A stretch of DNA of 63,721 bases, filler included, from Atractiella rhizophila (Eukaryota): assembly GCA_021432655.1 (NCBI GenBank). It is 5 parts of 5 records of this genome, joined end to end, with 100 filler letters (N's around TTAATTAATTAA, not from the genome) between each part and the next. Parts side by side here need not be neighbours in the genome. Positions count along the whole stretch, not along the records: positions 1 to 28,734 come from MU271432.1; 4 more parts are not named here. One strand, written 5' to 3'. The notes beneath the pieces are model-generated. The model had not been told where the DNA came from and did not search any database. It saw nothing but the letters and a program-made list of their open reading frames with translations. Every line of letters starts with the position of its first letter. Position 1 is the first letter of the stretch. Positions 15,299-26,324 of the stretch are shown piece after piece. The position numbers and the translations under genes were made by a program.

Positions 15299-18200
15299 TT
15301 AATCAAGAACAGTAATTTCATTTGCTCGGGCACGGTTAGCTGGTTGAGACATGAGCAGAATCTCATCATCATCTAACTCTTGAAGAAACAGCGCTTCTTC
15401 TTCCTCCATCGCGCTATCCTCGCCTTTCGGTTGCTCTTCTGGTTGAAAGCAATAATACAAGTCCTCGGCTTCAGCTGGAGTCAATATCTCCTCAATTAAG
15501 TCTGCTGCAAGCTCTAAACACCATGTTCAGCCATCTAAGCACACAGGGGGGAGGGGAGCGTACTTTGACATTCTGCTATGGATTTAAGATGTGCATAAGC
15601 AGTCAGCCATTCGGGACGCTGCGAATAAGACAGTCGAGCAAACGCAATAAGACCACTTTGATAGACTCCGTAACCAGCATGAGTCTCTTGAGAATCCATG
15701 AGCCTGTTCCTGAAGCTGAAAGGTTGCGCTGTCCCTTCTTCTGGTGGAGCGGAGATGAGATAATGGAGGAAACGGAGGCTGAAGCTGAGCTTGAACATGG
15801 TACTCTCCATCGAGCATTCCCGATCCTCCCAAATTGAGGATGTCAACGTCTCTACAAGTACCACGATGCCACCAATGAGCTGGGAGGTACCCATGAGGAG
15901 AGTGATCACATCTTTGTGCTTGACAGTGAGTGTGAAAGTGAACCCGAGAATCGCGAGATGAAGCGCATCCACCTTCCTTTCTCATCAACGATAAAGCTTC
16001 TTTGTTTGAAGTAAAAAAGGCATACTTGTTCGACAGAGTCGTATTTGGGGAGCTCGACAAAGTAACGATGTAACACCTCTAGCAGTGGAAGTTTGCAGCC
16101 TTTGACCTTGGGATAATTAGAAAAGTTGGGACCTATGATCGTTCTCCATAACGTCGGGACTGTGCCACACGATTAATCCTTTCAATCGAGTTCATAATAC
16201 GACCTACTCACATCTTGTAAGACTGGTTAGGAGCGTCACACATCTTCTTATACTTTCTGCACCTCTCTGAGGATAGACCAACACAGCCACAGCATCAGGC
16301 TCTCTCAGCCACTCATCCCAACTCCCCACACAGCCTTCATCCCCTTCCCTGGGCTGGCTCAATCCCTCCAAGCACTCCAAGGCTGCCCAAAATATGTCTT
16401 GCCTATCACTTTTCTCCTTGAGCTCCTCCGCCGTGGGGCCGTCTGCCTTCCCTTTCTTCCCCAAGTACTTCAGCTTCGGCCGTTCAACGTCATCTATAAC
16501 TGGTGCCGGTCGCGAAGGCTCAGTCGAAGGGAAGGCAGTCTTGGCATCGAATGCAACTGTGAGGATGACCCTGCTGAGAACATGAAGGAAGGACGGGGCC
16601 GCAGAAAGAGGAGACGTGTATTCGGGATGTCGAAGGAGGGAGAGAGAGAAAGGAGGAGATGTTAAGGAGATAAATGCGACGAGGTTAAGACTGATTCTCA
16701 AGGCTTCAAGCTAGCAGAAATTGAGTGACCCATAGACCATTTGGGAAAGACGTACAGCATCTTTCTCTTGCTCTACTACACGAATCAAGCTTTCGATCAA
16801 GCCTTCTAGGGATGCAGCAACTTCCGCGATCAAAGTCAACTCGTCCGCCCCTTCCGTTTTAACGCCAAATTGTGCCCGCGATAAAGCTGTGAACAGCGCC
16901 TCGCATCGCTCTTGATAAATCGTACGGAGGTGTCCCGGTACTGTGAGAGAAGCGAGGTAGCGAAGAGTAGATGTAAGAAGGGGACGATTGAGGCTGGTAG
17001 ACGGGGATATCGAAACGTGAGAAAATAACCGACGAGTCAATGCGATCGCCTGTGGTTCTCGATCATCCTCCTCGTTTCCCTGTTCTTCAGTTTTTTCGAT
17101 TGGATTAACATCGTAATCGTATTCCGTCATCTCAACGTCCTGTGCCTCATGCGGTTGCGCAAAGGGGGTCTCAGGAGCCGCCGTATCCCATGCCTTCTCC
17201 TTTCCCTTCCATTTGAAAGGGGTACTCCGATCTGGAGTCTCATTCATATTCTGAAATCCCTCATCGATTTCCAGCTCGCCCATCTGCCGACTCCCAAACA
17301 CGTCTTCCTCCTCCGGGATCCTACTTCTTGCTCGTCCCATGTCGACTTGCCGGCCTTGGGTTGACGTGACTTTGCGTGTACCACTGAGGGCAAATGTGTT
17401 TTGGAAACCAAAAGCTGATATTGAGGGAGGTGCAGGTGGCGGATTCTCCTTTTTTGGAGACCTTTTCGTCGGTCGAATAGAAAGTGGAGAATCATCGAAT
17501 ACCTTGTTGAACTTCGCCTTTGTAGGAGAGGAAGGGCGCGTCTGACGGCGACGAGTTGATGGAGGAAACAGGTTGCGAGGGACAGAAGTTTCGATAGACT
17601 GACGCTGTTCCCCCCTATTAAATATTGGTACTGAAATAATCTAGCGCACGAACTTGAAAAGCAGCTTTAGAATGTAGCGCATTCCGTTCAGCCTCAAAGT
17701 CCTTCTCAATCTTCTGTATCTGCTCCTCAAGTGCCATCTTTGCAGCCTTGTGCTTTTGCTCCGCCTCTGCGGCAGAAGACGTTGTCTGTTTTGCCCGTCA
17801 GAAACATGACAGTATGCTTGAAGACGCTATACCTTTTCTAGTCTGCGACGAAGGTGAGAAATCTCTCCATCCCTGATAAGCAGAGATTCTTTTACAGCGC
17901 TCGCTTCAGATTCTGCTTTAGCTAAGGATCCTTGAAGCTGGGTGAATACTCAGTCCTCGTCACAAAACACAAGAAAAGACGTACAGCCGAAAGTTGAGCC
18001 TTCAACCGTGCCACTTCAGAACTCTCTGATAGCTTCGATTTCATCTGTGCCCTGGACGGTGAAGCCCGAGTGCTTGACCGGCTGTTGTCCTTCAGGGCAT
18101 GAGGTGCAACTTTTGGCAAGGCTGGAACTTGAGTTGGATTCGTTTTCCACCCAGTATTCCGCGCGACAGATGGTTCATTTTTGCTTTTCTGTACTGTATC

Positions 18201-18496
18201 GTCTACGCCAGCGGCTCTGTATGATCTCGTTGTTTCGTCCCACTCGAGCTCGAATGGCACGTCTGCGATTTCATCCTCCACTTTAGCAGTCGGTTCATAC
18301 TTCGCTCTTTTCGCGGGGCGAATAGGCGAAAGGTCTAATATACGGCTCTCTCAAACTCCCTCCCAAAGTAACGCGTAAAATGAGACCACACACCTGGTTT
18401 CTTCAGTGGCTTTGCTGCTCGAGTTGGCCGGTCCAAAATCTCAATCAAATCGGGTGAAAGGTCAAAGTCGTCATCAAACCCATAGTCTGAACTCAT
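15299..18496 (-). CDS. Probable Rad26/ATRIP/Ddc2-like DNA-damage checkpoint protein, multi-exon
   Basis: Acidic N-terminus (MSSDYGFDDDFDLS), then a coiled coil (IRDGEISHLRRRLEK...EKDFEAERNALHSKAAFQ), a disordered region with FGFQNTF and a helical C-terminal region. This layout matches ATRIP-family proteins; no search was run. Confidence 0.55.
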
Positions 18497-18773
18497 TTCA
18501 GGATACCACAAGCTCTTTGAAGCTTCCCTTCCCTTCTACCCAGCATGCATGCTTTCGTCGTTTCTGTGGTTCAGCAAGCACGATCCCACTCCCACACGTG
18601 ACTTTCCAAACGCGACAAGCCAGGGCATTTATAGCACGTATCATAATTTTCACTTGATTTGTATAAGGGTTGAAAAACGTAATGCTGGTGCGATGCAAAC
18701 TGGTGATAAAAACGGAACGAAAAACAAAAAGGGGAACCGAGGTATGCACTGTTGTGAGAGAAAATGAAAATGG

Positions 18774-19762
18774 TCAATCTGACTCAAAAACGTCATAGTT
18801 CAGCCAACTGGCCATTTCGTCCTGCTCTTCTTCTCTTTCCAACATAGAACGCCTAAGCTCGCGATGGGGGGGAGGTGATGGTGCGCTCCGAGGGTCAGTG
18901 CGGATCAAATGGGGAAAGAGTGAATTCGTAGAATTGGATTGATCTTGCCCATTCTCGACGCGAGTGGAACTTGAAACAGGTTCTTTTGGCTTTCCAAAAT
19001 ACGAATCGGGGATCGTGAACAACGGCATCTGCGTACGACCTGTGCCTAAAGGAGGACGAGGAGGGAGGACGGGGACTGGTTTCGGCGGTAGTTGAGAGAC
19101 GGTGGCTACGAGGTTCGGAGCAGTGGCAGCAAGTTCATCTTCTCTTTGTTCAGGAAGGATGCTGCGCGCTTTGAAGACGTTGGCATGGTTTAGTCTTCTG
19201 ACCATTTCGTGGACTGCTCGGACAACCTATTCATTAGTCGTAGGTGGATAAGCTTAGCATAGGAGGAAGGGAATAGGCTACGGTTTACCTTCTGATCCAT
19301 CTCAAACTGCAGCCTTGGATCGAGGCAAGCAGCGCAAATATTCCCCATCACCCCCATATCGCTCTCTGCATAAGTCTTGAAGAGCTCCATCCACCCTGTC
19401 CTCCTCCGAAAGTTGACAAAGAAAGTGTTGATTTGCGCAGCGTTGAGGTGCGGACATTGCTGTTGTAGTTGAGCTTTATCTTCCTCCGATGGATACGGGC
19501 ATCCAAGGTTGTTTATGAACCACTCTCGAAGAGGATTTTCTCGCCGCGAGTCCCGAAGTGTGTAGTTAGGGTCCTTTGGATCCCTTCTTTTCTGCCTCTT
19601 CCGCCGATGGGCTGCAGGATTGATGGAAGGGTTGCTCGTTGTTTCACTGGCGGAGCTTGAAGCACTGGCAGATGAGATGGCGGAAGGAGGTCTCGCGCTC
19701 GGTCCGATGTGTAACGGTGGGAACGGTGGATTCGCATCGACCTCTTCTATGACGAGCGGCAT
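18774..19762 (-). CDS. HD1-class (TALE/KN-type) homeodomain protein resembling basidiomycete mating-type HD1; one intron at ~19228-19288
   Basis: LREWFINNLGCPYPSEEDKAQL...QINTFFVNFRRRTGWMEL matches the HD1 pattern W-x-x-x-N-L-x-x-P-Y-P...RRR-x-GW. A basic NLS-like segment RRKRQKRR precedes it. Confidence 0.8.
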
Positions 19763-20335
19763 TTTGTACGCTCAGGCTGGCAGTCAGGGGGGAGAACCGA
19801 AGAGCCAGCGTGACATCTTTTAAATGGCAATGAAAGGAGGGCACAGTCCCTCACGATCCAAACAAATTTAATTGAGCTTGTTTTGGCGTATAACCTTACA
19901 ATTCATTTATGAGTCAGTTTGGATTCCCAATTCATTGAATCCCAAGACAAAGGGGAGTTAGTTCCATGTGGCTTCCTTTGATCAAGCCTTTGTCTTGCGT
20001 AAGCTAACGAACCGAGATTGGGGAGCTGCAGCAATTATCGTGTGGGTGAGTGGGCCAATGGTTTAGATATTGAAGGTGAAGCTAGTTGCATCGTGACATT
20101 AAATGACATGTTGAGATGCCATCGGTCGACGAAAGCGCAACAGCGATGCATCGATAACCAACATGAATTACTGGGCACATCCAACTATCATACAATTTCG
20201 ATGCGCCAACTTGAACCTGTCCGAATCCGACGAATAATAATGATACAACAGACCAAAATCTCAATGAGGGTATTCACAGAATCTAGGAGATTTCCGACTG
20301 TTAAACTGCCGCAAAGAAGAAATAGAATGAAGAGA

Positions 20336-22011
20336 CTACGAATCATGAGTGAGTGGCAGTAAGTTCCGTAGAATTAGCTCGTAACTATCTCGTCGTCAAA
20401 TTCTGCCAGACAACGATAACCAGAAAGAACCTCACGTTAAGATCGTGACCGCACTCGAGGGTACTGTTCTAATGAGCGTCACACCCAACCCCTTGTAATA
20501 ACCCCTCCATCCCTCCTGCTCCAAAATCATCTTGGCTGTTTGTACCAAACCACGTTTACCAGGCGGTTCGCCGCCGCCTTGAATGGGTATCGAAGAGGAA
20601 GCTGTGGCATTCTTTGGATACCGCTGGATCTGCATCCGTGTTCGTAGGACTTCATGCGGATAACAGGTCACTGATGCCACAACTTTGGAGAGAGAGGAAC
20701 ATGTGAGAATCGTGGATGGTGACAATTGAGAGCCATCCTTCGGCCCTAGACAACTCCACATCAGAATTGAAGCGGAGATGGAGATGTAGGCGAGGTAACG
20801 CACGATAGAAACGCTTCAAAGCTTCGTATAGAGGAAATTGCACAGCAACGTGAAAGACGCCAAATAAGGAAGGTACCATTCCCCTGTAAAATCCATAGAC
20901 ACCTTCAGTCTGGTATATTCGACGTAGTGCGTCGACTGTGTGCTTGTAACGCTCCTCCGGTCGATCCGTTGTCACATTTTGCGTCTTCATCAACTCATGA
21001 GCCTCACACACTCTTGACAGAAACAACCATGTTACCATAAAACGAGTTTTGATTACCCACAAAGGGTTCGTCGCTAGACTCTGTGTGATCCCTCCAGTCA
21101 TGGCAGCGAGAATGTGTGGAACCCAACGATCTTTTCCTGCAAAAGGCCGAAGCATTGTCAGACCCTGATCTTAGCCGAATATCAAATGACGAGGGTGTCT
21201 TAGTAGTGCAACAATACTTTCTGAAATCATCATATTTCATTTAGACTCATTGACGCCTTGAAAATAGGCCTTCGGCGCCTTGCAGATTTTTGCGCCATTC
21301 GGCAAAACTTCGCGGTGAAGAGTCGGCTTCTGGGTCAAAGCTCTGAATGATGGAAACAGAGGCAATATCGTGCTTATGCCCGCCAGATCTCTTTGAAGCT
21401 TGGATACACCGTAACAAATACGCGAGATGTCACACGACGAGGTCGACAGCAGCATCTCCATGATGAAACCGCAACGAGTATCGGCTTCGGCCTAGAAACT
21501 TCGCGCGCTTTCAGACCAACCTGATCAATTTCGCACTTCTTCCGTGCAACAGGGCCGACTTTCTCCCTTCCCATCCGTCTTAACAAGGAGAAGAAAACGA
21601 CATACCATACTTCGCCTCCAAAGCTACTTTACTCCGATCATAAACCGTAAAGTAGATAGCCCACGTCGGTAGATAACCCATCACCGTGGGCCCTAGGCCT
21701 CTATACAATCCTCTGATCCCCTCCTCTCTCCAAATCCTGCCAAAGCTCCCTAAATGAGTCCAGTAACCATCCCATTTCAGCCATCACCACCCTCGACCTC
21801 AAAAGAGGAGCCCACCGACGAGACCCTTATACGCCTCTCTGCCCACCACCTTCCCCTGCGCCTGCAACTTTGTCTTCACCACATCCAAGGGACAAGTCGC
21901 GATGCTGCTGATGACCCCAGCACCCGCACCTGCGATCATGCTCTCGGTGCCTTGGAGGGACCGTAAAAGTTCGGCAGTCCGCGAGTTACGGTCGCGGATC
22001 GTTTGACGCAT
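20336..22011 (-). CDS. NDT1: Mitochondrial NAD+ carrier (Ndt1/Yia6 subfamily), multi-exon, with a 469-nt intron at 21137-21605
   Basis: Three carrier repeats (CPLDVVKTKLQ, NPLWVIKTRFM, YPHEVLRTRMQ) plus GYLPTWAIYFTVYD and HVAVQFPLYE, typical of the Ndt1/Ndt2 subfamily. Confidence 0.85.
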
Positions 22012-22327
22012 CCTTTCCGCCTTTTTTTGGACGAGACCAGAGTGACAGACGGAAGGAAGGGGCAGACGACCTTTTGTTACTCGTGACGGAGAGAATGATC
22101 GGCAACGACTTGATTTTCGGCTTTTCCGGCCGCAGAGGAGGACAGAGTGGATTTTCATTCTCTGTGCCATTCTAATTTATACATTCATTATCCTTAGACA
22201 TCCTTACGGACCATTGAAAGTGTTGCAGGTGCAGGTGATAGGCTAACAAATGAACCGTTTTCTGGCGATACCCGCACTTTCCCGATAGCCATTCAGTTGG
22301 TCCAAAGCTTGCAAGTGATTGCACCTC

Positions 22328-23161
22328 CTATTCCTCATCCTCTGCCCTCCTCCTTTTTCCAGCTGGTTCTACATCTGCTTCGTCACCTTCCCTCCTCTTC
22401 GTCCCCGCTCCTTCCTCATCCACTTCCATATCTCTCCCCTTCTCCACCTGTCCTGCCACTGCGTCTTGGACCAGATCCATGATCGCCTTCTCCCGCTCTT
22501 CCTCTGACATGCCCTCCTGTGCCATCGCCACATTGAACTGCGAAATGAGCTGTTGCGCCAACGCGTCTGCCTCCGTGTCCCCGTGTTGCGACGAAGAAGA
22601 GGATGGGAGAACTTCGTGGGTTATGGAGATGAGATGGGAGGAGAGGGAGGGGTATTCAGAAGAGAGAGACACGGCGGGCTGTTGCAAAGATTATTGGTAT
22701 TAATGGATTTAAGACGAGGGAAGACGTACGGTTATACCTTCAGCGTTCTGGTGAGCGGGATCTGCACCAAGTTCGAGCACTAGACGCAGCATGTCCTCTT
22801 CTTCGACGGTGTATATTGGAGTCCTTTGCCCGTCGTCCAAGCTTCAGCATTCCATTCTTTCGAGAGAAAGAGAGAAAAGACAGCACTCACTCGCCGTCAT
22901 CGTCCTTGATATTGATATCCCCTCCCTTTTCGATCAGATACTTCAGAATCTCTTTCTGATTCCATGACACGGCCGCATGCAGGGGCGTGTAGGAGTTCTC
23001 ATCTTTTGCATTCGGGGAGACGCCTTCAGTTTCGATCAGGTACTTGCTACCCATTCGCCCATCAGCAGCAGTCCACAAACTCGTCGTCAGGGGAGGCATA
23101 CCTTCACACGCTCGAGATCGCCGTCCGATACGGCCGTCCAGATATTCGAGGGCTCATCCAT
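22328..23161 (-). CDS. Small ankyrin-repeat protein (YCR051W-like), multi-exon
   Basis: NIWTAVSDGDLERVK|YLIE...NAKDENSYTPLHAAVSW...GGDINIKDDDG|..TPIY...LGADP, with an acidic C-terminus. Confidence 0.85.
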
Positions 23162-23300
23162 CTCTTCTTAATATTTAGTTGAAGAAGTTGCAAAAAAACA
23201 AAAATGATCGGGACTACAGTGAGACCAGGACACTTCAGCTCCAGGTGGAGCAAAGATCAAAGATAAGATCAACAAGCAACTGCGACAAAATTCTTCAAAG

Positions 23301-25952
23301 ATGTCGTCTCCCAGCTCTTCTCCCTCTCTTTCGCCCCTGCCCTCCCTCAGCGACACAGCCATCTCAGCATCAGACCCCACCTCATCCTCCCCTGCATTGT
23401 CGGACAAGCTGGACAATCTCCCTGCAAACGGGCTGGACACACCGTCCGAGATCGAATACCCACTGGGTGGAGACGTCAGCGAGCCTAGCATAGATGCTAC
23501 GAGCTTTGGTGGAGAGACGGGGGGTGGAGTGAGGAAGGAGAGGGAGGAGGAGGTCACAGAAGAAGAGAGGACGGTGAGTTTTGCTTGTGCAATTTGTCGA
23601 AAGTGGATTAAAGAGCAGACGGGGAGAGAGATTGGAATGACACTGTCGAGCTTGTCGGAGCTTTGCAGAAGGAAACATGAGTTTAAAGTTGATTAACGCT
23701 TTGCCAGCACTTAGTATTCCTTTATAAATGTGCACAACTGATTGCACTTGTGTACACAAGCGTTACTGCATTTATGCACAACCGTTGATTTGAGCTCCCG
23801 GCATTTCGTTCATGCCCTCTAAGGCTTACTCGGCGGGCTAGTTGTCATCGCAACTGAACTTTTGGCAACGAAAGGGATGAAAGCTATATCCGTCTATTGA
23901 ACTTACGCGCGTCCAACACCGCGACCAAAGTCTCCTTGAATAGTTCTAACAATGTCTCATGCAATCCCCAATTGTCGACTGTTTTGACGTTTTGCATCAT
24001 GGAACCTCTCTTGAACTCACACTGATGATTCCTGATTCTAGTACGCGCTCACGTTAAAATCTGAAGCGAACAAGCTGTTCTCAACCTCACGATATCGGGA
24101 GTGCTTAGATCTCTACACGTTATCATTAAACCAGAATCCATTCGATTCCGCCGTCTGGTGCAACCGGGCAGCAGTCCGCCTGAAGCTGGAAGAGTTTGGT
24201 CTCGCCATTTCAGACACCACTCGGGCGATCGAGCTCAACCCCAAGTACGTCAAGGCTTACTACCGCCGCGCACTGGCCAACCTCAGCATCTTGAAACCGA
24301 AGGCGGCGGTCACGGATTTTAAGAAGGTCATGGCCCTCGACCCCAAGAACACTTCCGCCAAACAACAGCTTGACGCGACCCAGAAGCTGGTGCGTAGGCT
24401 GGAGTTCGAGAAGGCCATTTCGTCAGAAGACGAGGAGCTGGTCAGTAGTAAGATGCGGAAACAGCTGAAGGAGGCTATGGAGGTCGAGGCTTCCTACTCA
24501 GGGCCTATTCTAGAACAGGAGGGCGAGATAGAGCCTCATTCACCGTATCCCACGAAGGATAAGAGCGCATTGAAGACCAAGAGGGGTGGAGGAGTTGGGG
24601 CAAAGGTCACGAGGGAGTTTGTAGAGGGGATGATTGAGTGGTTTCGCGATGGAAAAGTCATACCGAAGCGGTATGCATGGCAGATCGTACTAGGTGCCCA
24701 AGAGGTGCTGCTAGGCGAGGAGAGCTTGGTAGAATGCAAAATCGGGAAGGGGGAGAAGGCTAATGTGTGAGCCTCACATTCATCGCTCACCTATTTTGCT
24801 TAGTGGGACATTAGAATAGGCGATACCCATGGACAGGCACGCTTCCCCTTGAATACCTTCATTCAGTCTTTAACGACTTGCCATTAGTATTTCGATTTCA
24901 TGCATCTCTTGACATTAACGAGCAACCCCAGCGAGACACATACCATGATCTTCAATGGAGACTTTGTAGATCGTGGTAGCTGGAGCACCGAGGTTGTCCT
25001 CATCCTTTTCGCCTTTAAATGTTAGTCCATCCCAACCCCATCTCAAGCTGAAACTGAAATTCAACCACGGCTAGACCCAAACAAAAACAATCTAAACCGA
25101 AAAAAACAAAAAAAAGAAAAAACAAATAAAAACAAAGGCTACGAAGGAGAAACAAAGAAAAAAAAGAAAGAGACGAAGAAGAAGCAGAAGCAGGAGAAAG
25201 ACACAGCCGCTGCCTACCCGCCACCAGCAACCAACACACACTCGCTCATGAAGTATCACAGTACCATTGGCAACCGTAATATCGGCTTCCAAGGCACCAT
25301 CTCCAGCCCGTGCAGCAACGTCACTACACAAGAACCCGACGCTCTCACCAGAAGGCTTCAAGCGCTTCTTCGTAGTGCACGGTGGACTCTTCTCCAAAGA
25401 TGGCGTCACACTAGACGATATTCGGACGATCGATAGGATCAAGAAGAAGCAGCCTGGGAGCGAAGGGTTGATGTGCGAATGTCTATGGACAGATCCTCAA
25501 ATACAACCTGGTAGAGGACCGAGTAAGCGAGGCGTCGGGATGTGCTTTGGGCCCGATGTTACAAGGAGGTGGACGACGGAGAATAAGATCACCGGTACGT
25601 TTTCATCCTTTGGTTGATATGATGGAGACTTCACGATTAGCTGATGTTCTGAATTGATGATAGCCGTTATACGATCTCATGAAGTTAGGCAAGAAGGATA
25701 TCAAGTAGAACACAACGGTCTCTGCATCACTGTCTTCTCGGCTCCCAATTATGTCGATCAAGCTGGCAATCTAGGAGGAATTGGTGAGTCCTGCCGCCTC
25801 ATCGTATCCTGCAAATGCTGAACAGAGTTGCAGTGTCCATTGATGATGAAGGAGAGATCACACTGCAGAGCTTCAAGGAGCAGCCCCACCCACAAAATAT
25901 TAAGCCCATGATGTACGCAGGGGCTGGATTTGCAAACATGTTCGGAATCTGA
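23301..25952 (+). CDS. PPT1: Serine/threonine protein phosphatase 5 (TPR + PPP catalytic domain); one exon corrupted
   Basis: First exon 23301-23573 is spliced over a 468-nt intron to TPR repeats (LKSEANKLF...WCNRAA...YVKAYYRRA). Then [32 protein letters not shown] and TVFSAPNY. The GNHE exon is degenerate (see findings), and the intron at ~24836 has a GC donor. Confidence 0.93.
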
Positions 25953-26324
25953 AGTCGATGCGTTGGCTTGCGAGCCGCTGAAACTACTGCTTCATGGTTT
26001 CTATACTGTTGTACACCTCCACTGTATATTATTCCCTTACCTCTTGTCCTGCAACCTGTTAGATTTAGAATGGTGTTTCCTCTGGCGATATGTGAATAAG
26101 GGCAATGTTTTATTACGGATGATAAAAACAGAAAAGATATACACGAATAGTCGATGGGTACCAGAGTAACAAATCGACAAATCGACACGAATGATGGGTA
26201 GGTATCGAACAATAGTAGGGTACACCAAGATGGGTATGGTAATGACATGCAAAGTGTTCGAATCTGCAGAAGATATTATCAAACTCCATCAATGTTAGCA
26301 CTGGAAAGGCGCACCCATAAATTA

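Noticed and set aside
20018..20362. ORF divergent from HD1 as a possible HD2
   Set aside because: No homeodomain motif and no ATG start; it overlaps the NDT1 3' end.
21505..21535. TPP riboswitch-like UUGAUCAGG...UCUG on the minus strand
   Set aside because: It lacks the UGAGA pyrimidine-sensor motif and the conserved 3' GCG, so it is not a TPP aptamer.
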